Origin: a virus
Lineage: Duplodnaviria > Heunggongvirae > Uroviricota > Caudoviricetes
Reading direction: 5' to 3' (one strand)
IMG/VR virus record: IMGVR_UViG_2645727563_000003
Span: 1 to 24,323 of that record
Length of the DNA: 24,323 bases
Shown here: positions 19,590 to 24,323 of the stretch, one piece after another
Layout of the letters: every line of letters begins with the position of its first letter
Numbering within the stretch: position 1 is the first letter of the stretch
Notes under the pieces: model-generated
Databases searched by the model: none
What the model was told of the DNA's origin: nothing
The model's input: the letters and a program-made list of their open reading frames with translations, nothing else
Position numbers and translations under genes: made by a program

Positions 19590-19700
19590 CAAATTATGGT
19601 GGGGCGTGATGGGGAGGCTTCGGCCTGCTGGTTTCACAATCGCCAGTCTGCTAACCCCGTCACGTCCTGCCACCTGTTTAGCAGCGGGTAGCAGGTTGTT
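19590..19700 (+). ncRNA. c4: Candidate c4-like antisense regulatory RNA in the ant leader
   Basis: About 450 nt of GC-rich non-coding leader with stem-loops; ctgctaa (19648-19654) is complementary to gtttagcagc, present at 19487-19496 and 19677-19686. Boundaries approximate. Confidence 0.35.
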
Positions 19701-19724
19701 AAACCTGATTGTGAGGCCGTAACT

Positions 19725-19946
19725 ATGGTTAATGCCAATCCTTGCGCACGCCAAGAATTCATCTGGCGTTTCTATTCCTGCAAAAAACACCACTATCACT
19801 TCGTCATCGCAGCAACAGAAGACGAAGCACGCTCTCAATTGCCTGATGGCCCCTGCATTTTTACTGCCCGTTTTTCAACTAACTCGCGCAATTCACTTAG
19901 TTACTGGAACCTCCCCTTCTCTGCCGACGTTCAGGGGGTTTTATGA
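19725..19946 (+). CDS. icd: Small ORF translationally coupled to ant1 (icd-like position)
   Basis: 73-aa ORF, GAGG about 9 nt upstream; its TGA overlaps the ant1 ATG (ATGA at 19943-19946). Identity by position only. Confidence 0.4.
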   Translation: MVNANPCARQEFIWRFYSCKKHHYHFVIAATEDEARSQLPDGPCIFTARFSTNSRNSLSYWNLPFSADVQGVL

Positions 19947-20986
19947 AAAAACCTCTCGTCACCCGTAATGACATAGCCGAAGCGATCGCCCTGCATACTG
20001 CCTGTATGCCGACACGGGAGATCCCCGGCGCAATTGCCAACTATTTCATGATAACCAGACGTTTTTATACCCGAACAGATAAGGCTGTGATCAACAGGCT
20101 ACTGATAGCCGAGATCAGGGATTATTTGATTGAACAAGGACGTCTACGTTACGCAACGGTGGCAGCAGAAATGAGAAAGGAGGCACATAGAATGACCAGT
20201 AATAATTTGAATGTTAAAAAACCAGCATCTGTTGCTTCAGCTACGCCATCACCAGCTGTGAATGTTATCTCCAACACTGGAGACACAATCGACAGCCAGA
20301 CGCTGTTAAAGATGGTCAATGAAGCGCGTAAGTTATGTGGGGAACCAGAGGTTCGGAACAACAAATTCATCAAAAAAATACTCGACGAATTAGAAGGTGA
20401 GGACGGTTACACAAAAAGTGCAACCGTGCCGCCAGGTGGCGGTACGCCTATGGTTGTCATAACCATGACCTACAAACAAGCCCTGCGAGTCGCCGCGCGC
20501 GAGTCAAAAGCAGTCCGCCGTTCGCTGATCGACAAACTGGAAGAATTGCAGCAGGCAAACTCCCCTGCCCCATCGATCCCCCAAACATTACCAGACGCTC
20601 TACGCCTGGCTGCCGAGTTGGCAGAACAGAAAATGCAGTTGGAACAACAGCTGGTGGCCGCAGCCCCTAAAGTCGATTTTGCCGACCGGGTATCAGCGGC
20701 TAATGGAATCCTGATCGGGAACTTTGCAAAGGTCGTTGGACTTAAGCAAAACGCCCTTTTCTCATGGTTGCGCCAGAACGGCATTCTCATGGCTTTTGGT
20801 GCGCGCAAAAACGTACCGCGCCAGCAGTACATTAACGCCGGGTATTTCACGGTGAAAGAAGTGGTGCTGGATGATGAAAATGGCTACCAGATACGGCTGA
20901 CGCCCCAATTAACGGGTAAAGGCCAGCAGTGGTTAACTCGCAAGCTACTTGATGCTGGTTTGTTAAAACCAGTAGCAATAGGTTAA
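19943..20986 (+). CDS. ant1: Antirepressor Ant1 (long form) with KilA-C/ANT-type C-terminal domain
   Basis: 347-aa ORF; the C-terminal ~125 aa are ~65% identical to the C-terminus of the next gene (ALRLAAELAEQK...TGKGQQWL...LLDAG). Confidence 0.7.
   Translation: MKKPLVTRNDIAEAIALHTACMPTREIPGAIANYFMITRRFYTRTDKAVINRLLIAEIRDYLIEQGRLRYATVAAEMRKEAHRMTSNNLNVKKPASVASATPSPAVNVISNTGDTIDSQTLLKMVNEARKLCGEPEVRNNKFIKKILDELEGEDGYTKSATVPPGGGTPMVVITMTYKQALRVAARESKAVRRSLIDKLEELQQANSPAPSIPQTLPDALRLAAELAEQKMQLEQQLVAAAPKVDFADRVSAANGILIGNFAKVVGLKQNALFSWLRQNGILMAFGARKNVPRQQYINAGYFTVKEVVLDDENGYQIRLTPQLTGKGQQWLTRKLLDAGLLKPVAIG
20192..20986 (+). CDS. ant2: Antirepressor Ant2 (in-frame internal start within ant1)
   Basis: In-frame ATG at 20192 preceded by AAGGAGG (20177-20183) with 8-nt spacer; would give a 264-aa product starting MTSNNLNVKK. 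Confidence 0.5.
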   Translation: MTSNNLNVKKPASVASATPSPAVNVISNTGDTIDSQTLLKMVNEARKLCGEPEVRNNKFIKKILDELEGEDGYTKSATVPPGGGTPMVVITMTYKQALRVAARESKAVRRSLIDKLEELQQANSPAPSIPQTLPDALRLAAELAEQKMQLEQQLVAAAPKVDFADRVSAANGILIGNFAKVVGLKQNALFSWLRQNGILMAFGARKNVPRQQYINAGYFTVKEVVLDDENGYQIRLTPQLTGKGQQWLTRKLLDAGLLKPVAIG

Positions 20987-20998
20987 CAAAAGAAAAAA

Positions 20999-21023
20999 CC
21001 TGCCAGCAAACTGGCAGGTTTCT
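20999..21023 (+). terminator. Rho-independent terminator after ant
   Basis: cctgccag-caaa-ctggcagg followed by tttct, 13 nt after the ant stop. Confidence 0.7.
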
Positions 21024-21063
21024 GAGCAGATCGACCACCCCGATCTGGATCGAGTCAGAAAAA

Positions 21064-21080
21064 TTTGCTCTAATAAATTT
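21064..21080 (+). promoter_or_regulatory. C1-type repressor operator candidate upstream of kilA/repL
   Basis: tttgctctaataaattt matches the recalled consensus at 16/17; about 23 of the 27 bp from the core onward are shared with the copy at 19396. Confidence 0.6.
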
Positions 21081-21149
21081 CGTTTTCTAAGTGCAAAGAA
21101 TCACCATTTCGAGCTGGTGATTGAAGGTTGATGCAAATTTGGAGAAAAA

Positions 21150-21950
21150 ATGCAACAAACATTCAATGCGGATATGAATATATCAAACCTTCATCAAAAT
21201 GTCGATCCTTCAACCACTCTGCCCGTTATTTGTGGTGTTGAAATTACGACCGACCGCGCTGGCCGTTACAACCTTAATGCTCTACACAGAGCGAGCGGAC
21301 TCGGTGCCCATAAAGCGCCAGCTCAATGGCTAAGAACGCTGTCAGCCAAACAGCTCATCGAAGAGCTTGAAAAAGAAACTATGCAGAATTGCATAGTTTC
21401 GTTCGAAGGCCGTGGCGGCGGTACGTTTGCCCATGAATTGCTCGCTGTGGAGTACGCAGGCTGGATTTCTCCCGCGTTTCGGCTGAAGGTAAACCAGACA
21501 TTTATCGACTATCGAGCCGGAAGATTGCAACCTGCTATTCCGCAGAGTCTCCCTGAAGCTCTCCGTTTGGCTGCCGACCTGGCAGAGCAAAAGCAACGGC
21601 TGGAGCAAAAAATGCTTATGGATGCGCCTAAAGTCGAATTCGCCGAACGCGTTGCTACCGCCAGCGGGGTTCTAATCGGCAACTATGCCAAAGTGCTCGG
21701 CCTGGGCCAAAACTATCTCTTCACCTGGTTGCGTGATAACGGAATTCTGATCGCAACCGGTGAACGCAGGAACGTCCCCAAACAAGAATACATATCCCGT
21801 GGGTACTTCACCCTCAAAGAAACCGTGATCGATACAAGCAACGGAAGCAGGATTTCTTTCACGACTCGTATAACCGGCAAAGGTCAGCAGTGGCTAATGA
21901 AGCGATTGCTTGATGCTGGTGTGCTGGTACCTGTCGCGGCTACGCGCTAA
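21150..21950 (+). CDS. kilA: KilA-N domain protein with KilA-C/ANT C-terminal domain (KilA-like)
   Basis: 266-aa ORF; N-terminus RYNLNALHRASG...FEGRGGGTFAHELLAVEYAGWISPAFRLKV fits the KilA-N pattern; C-terminus paralogous to Ant. Confidence 0.7.
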   Translation: MQQTFNADMNISNLHQNVDPSTTLPVICGVEITTDRAGRYNLNALHRASGLGAHKAPAQWLRTLSAKQLIEELEKETMQNCIVSFEGRGGGTFAHELLAVEYAGWISPAFRLKVNQTFIDYRAGRLQPAIPQSLPEALRLAADLAEQKQRLEQKMLMDAPKVEFAERVATASGVLIGNYAKVLGLGQNYLFTWLRDNGILIATGERRNVPKQEYISRGYFTLKETVIDTSNGSRISFTTRITGKGQQWLMKRLLDAGVLVPVAATR

Positions 21951-21979
21951 CAGACGTAGTAAGAACCACCAGCATTGTA

Positions 21980-22825
21980 ATGCTGGCTAAAGTCACTTTC
22001 CTGAGCTGTATAACGATGAGCGATTTTACTTTTTCTGGCTATGAATTGGCCTGCTTTGTAACACACTCCGGTCTATCCCGTAGCGCCGGGCATATCCTGT
22101 CGCAATGTGCAAATCTCGCGGCAACAACCAGTGAATACTTCATTCACAAGCCTCACCGCATGATCGCGGCAGAAACTGGTTATAGCCAATCAACCGTCGT
22201 TCGTGCATTCCGTGAAGCTGTAAACAAAGGAATTCTGTCTGTAGAGATTGTTATCGGCGATCACCGTGAACGTCGCGCTAACCTGTACCGGTTTACACCA
22301 TCCTTTTTGGCCTTCGCACAACAAGCCAAAAATGCGCTGATTGAAAGCAAATTAAAGATCTCTTCAGCGGCAACCAAGGTTAAAGCTGTTCTCGCTAAGA
22401 CATTGGCTTTATTTAATTTTTTATCCACACCCCCATGTCAAAATGATACCCCCTCCCCCTGTCAGGATGACGTGGCAATAAAGAATAAGAAGTCACAAGT
22501 TAAAAAAACAAAAAGATCAGTTTCCGGCGGTGCCGGAACGACCAGACTCAAAAAATTGACTTCATGGATCGCTGAGGCAAAAGCAAAGGCTGACAATCTG
22601 CGGTTATCCAAAAAGCGCGCTCAAAAACATGAGTTCAAGCAGAAGGTAGAGGCGGCAGCGCGGAAATATGCTTACCTGAAGAACAAGCGTTCTCCTGATA
22701 TTGGCGGGGTATCAAACTTCGATAATCTGCCGCATTGCATGACGGTAAACGAAGCTCTTAATGCGGTATTAGCCAAAAATAAAGATAACGAACAATGGGG
22801 TATACCGGTAGGATTCAGAGGGTGA
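21980..22825 (+). CDS. repL: HTH DNA-binding protein, RepL-like (lytic replication initiator position)
   Basis: 281-aa ORF, 30 nt after kilA stop; HTH-like MIAAETGYSQSTVVRAFREAVNKGILS; basic C-terminus. Alternative start ATG 22016 (MSDFTF...); neither has a clear SD. Confidence 0.6.
   Translation: MLAKVTFLSCITMSDFTFSGYELACFVTHSGLSRSAGHILSQCANLAATTSEYFIHKPHRMIAAETGYSQSTVVRAFREAVNKGILSVEIVIGDHRERRANLYRFTPSFLAFAQQAKNALIESKLKISSAATKVKAVLAKTLALFNFLSTPPCQNDTPSPCQDDVAIKNKKSQVKKTKRSVSGGAGTTRLKKLTSWIAEAKAKADNLRLSKKRAQKHEFKQKVEAAARKYAYLKNKRSPDIGGVSNFDNLPHCMTVNEALNAVLAKNKDNEQWGIPVGFRG
22429..22470. repeat. C-tract direct repeats with flanking A-rich tract inside the repL-like gene; candidate origin element
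   Basis: acccccatgtcaaaatga and ccccctgtcaggatga are adjacent imperfect direct repeats, followed by an A-rich tract at about 22490-22515. Confidence 0.3.
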
Positions 22826-22828
22826 TAG

Positions 22829-22845
22829 ATTGCTCTAATTATAAC
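22829..22845 (+). promoter_or_regulatory. Weaker C1-operator-like half match upstream of the AT-rich operon
   Basis: attgctctaattataac matches the first 11 consensus positions exactly (12/17 overall); lies 3 nt after the repL-like stop. Confidence 0.35.
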
Positions 22846-22993
22846 CATGCATACTTTCAACACCTCTAGTTTGCCATGAGGAAAACTCATAGGCGTCCTG
22901 GTAAGATGACGTAGTTAGCAAATCAGAACGTCCCATTATTGCAATTAATAAACAACTAACGGACAATTCTACCTAACAATAAGTGGAGTTAAC

Positions 22994-23698
22994 ATGTTGA
23001 ACCGAAGAACATTTAATGTATTCTGCGATGAATCCTGTCACCTACTAAATGATCATAATAAAGTCATGGTATTGGGTGCGCTTTGGTGTCCTGGCACTAT
23101 CACAAAAAAAATTGCTAGAGACATCAAGGGATTAAAATTAAAACACAATTTAAAACCTGATTTCGAAATCAAGTGGACTAAAGTATCTGCGTCCAAAGTT
23201 GAATTTTACTTAGAGGTCGTAGATTACTTCTTCAGCAACCCAGCATTGCGCTTTAGAGGTGTTGTTGTTCCTGATAAAGAGCAACTGGACCATGCTCGAT
23301 TCCATCAAGATCACAATACTTTCTATTATAAGATGTTTTTTTATGTCTTAAAAAACATAATAGAAAGTAACAACACATACAATATCTACCTAGATATAAA
23401 AGATACTTTAGGTATTGAAAAAATTGAGAAATTAAGAGGAGTTCTTCACAATGATCGCTATGATTACAATCATGAGTCGATAAACAGAATTCAACATATA
23501 CGATCTCATGAAGTGCAACAATTGCAGCTAACGGATCTTTTCATTGGTGCGTTAGGCTACGTTCATCGAGGAATGAATAGCAACGCGGGAAAAATCCAAG
23601 TCATAAACAGGATAAAATCACATACAAACAGGGAGTTACTAAAAAGCACTCTTCCAACAGAAAGTAAATTTAATATTTTCGTGTGGGAGGCTCGCTGA
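22994..23698 (+). CDS. Hypothetical protein, possibly DUF3800-like (N-terminal FCDES motif), first gene of AT-rich operon
   Basis: 234-aa ORF, AAGTGGAG upstream of ATG. AT-rich codons unlike flanking genes. Motifs NVFCDESCH, EIKW, SHEVQQLQLTDLFIGALGY; family assignment from memory only. Confidence 0.7.
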   Translation: MLNRRTFNVFCDESCHLLNDHNKVMVLGALWCPGTITKKIARDIKGLKLKHNLKPDFEIKWTKVSASKVEFYLEVVDYFFSNPALRFRGVVVPDKEQLDHARFHQDHNTFYYKMFFYVLKNIIESNNTYNIYLDIKDTLGIEKIEKLRGVLHNDRYDYNHESINRIQHIRSHEVQQLQLTDLFIGALGYVHRGMNSNAGKIQVINRIKSHTNRELLKSTLPTESKFNIFVWEAR

Positions 23699-24162
23699 TG
23701 CTTCAAATGCCAGATTTATTGTACTTCAATGGAAGTTGGCAAGAGTATATAGACGATGTATATGATGTTGTTAGAGAAGATATTTTAATCTCTAATATAA
23801 CGTTTAAGGGTCTCCCTGTTCGATTACGTTATTCACCGGAATATGATGGGAAAGAGTTCGGATTTTGGCATTTAGTATCAGAGGGAAAAATAGAAGAAGA
23901 ACGAATACCTGATCTTGAACGGTGTAAGCGGATCCGCTGGATCGCGCATATGATAAGGAATTATGACCATTGCGATATATCATGTTGGTCTGAAAGACGA
24001 GGACCAACTGAAGAGTGGGTAATCTGGAACGAGTGTGAAAACTACGTTGTTGTGCTATCCGCACGTAGAGACTATTGGCTTCTCAAAACAGCCTATGTTG
24101 TAACCTATGACAGTAAAATCAGAACACTCAAACAAAGCAGAAAAAGAGCACTTGGGACATAA
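23698..24162 (+). CDS. Hypothetical protein, second gene of AT-rich operon
   Basis: Start ATG 23698 overlaps the upstream stop (TGATG), GGGAGG 8 nt upstream; the track's longer ORF begins at GTG 23683. 154 aa, Cys/His cluster CKRIRWIAHMIRNYDHCDISCW, no family recognised. Confidence 0.65.
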   Translation: MLQMPDLLYFNGSWQEYIDDVYDVVREDILISNITFKGLPVRLRYSPEYDGKEFGFWHLVSEGKIEEERIPDLERCKRIRWIAHMIRNYDHCDISCWSERRGPTEEWVIWNECENYVVVLSARRDYWLLKTAYVVTYDSKIRTLKQSRKRALGT

Positions 24163-24170
24163 AAAAGCTG

Positions 24171-24200
24171 AACCCGACACATATTGCTATGTATCGGGTT
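24171..24200 (+). terminator. Hairpin after the AT-rich operon (weak terminator candidate)
   Basis: aacccgaca - 12-nt loop - tatcgggtt, 9 nt after the stop; no clear T-run follows. Confidence 0.3.
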
Positions 24201-24323
24201 CGATCGCTCTTTCTACGCATGGTAGATGAGTAAGGTAAATCTAACCGATCTACTTTAGCTTTTCAATAGCTAGCTATAACTTTCCGCACATATTCTTCTG
24301 ATAATTCCAGTATGGCGGTTGGG

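Noticed and set aside
19480-19720. Retron-type ncRNA (msr/msd) as an explanation for the structured GC-rich region
   Set aside because: No reverse transcriptase gene nearby; the antisense/target repeats and position upstream of ant fit a c4-type RNA better.
19509-19838. 109-aa minus-strand ORF and overlapping plus-strand ORF 19732-19968 in the ant leader
   Set aside because: Cys-rich, no start signals, and they overlap the structured leader and the coupled icd-like/ant start; more likely non-coding RNA sequence.
21969-21986. Hairpin ccagcat-tgta-atgctgg between kilA and the RepL-like gene as a terminator
   Set aside because: No U-tract follows and the downstream gene begins within or just after it; more likely mRNA structure or coincidence.

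Overview
The window reads as one contiguous segment of a P1-like temperate phage or phage-plasmid; this rests on sequence motifs plus gene order recalled from phage P1, with no database search run. Minus strand, transcribed right to left: a low-GC lipoprotein plus secreted coiled-coil pair (19112-18048); a tail/baseplate block with a 1249-aa tape measure carrying a lytic-transglycosylase motif; a ~1366-aa repeat-rich tail fibre; a decayed tail-fibre inversion region (truncated tfa, opposite-strand tfa fragment, 16-codon invertase remnant); two paralogous holin-like genes; and a Dar-like operon with a 203-aa/639-aa paralog pair. Plus strand: a structured GC-rich leader (c4-like antisense RNA candidate), an icd-like ORF coupled to a nested ant1/ant2 antirepressor, a KilA-N protein, a RepL-like HTH protein, and an AT-rich two-gene operon of unknown function (22994-24162). 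Three copies of a motif matching the recalled P1 C1 operator consensus precede the plus-strand units. The most interesting candidates are the AT-rich two-gene operon, the lipoprotein pair at the sim position, and the locked tail-fibre inversion system. No tRNA, rRNA, CRISPR array or intact transposase was seen.
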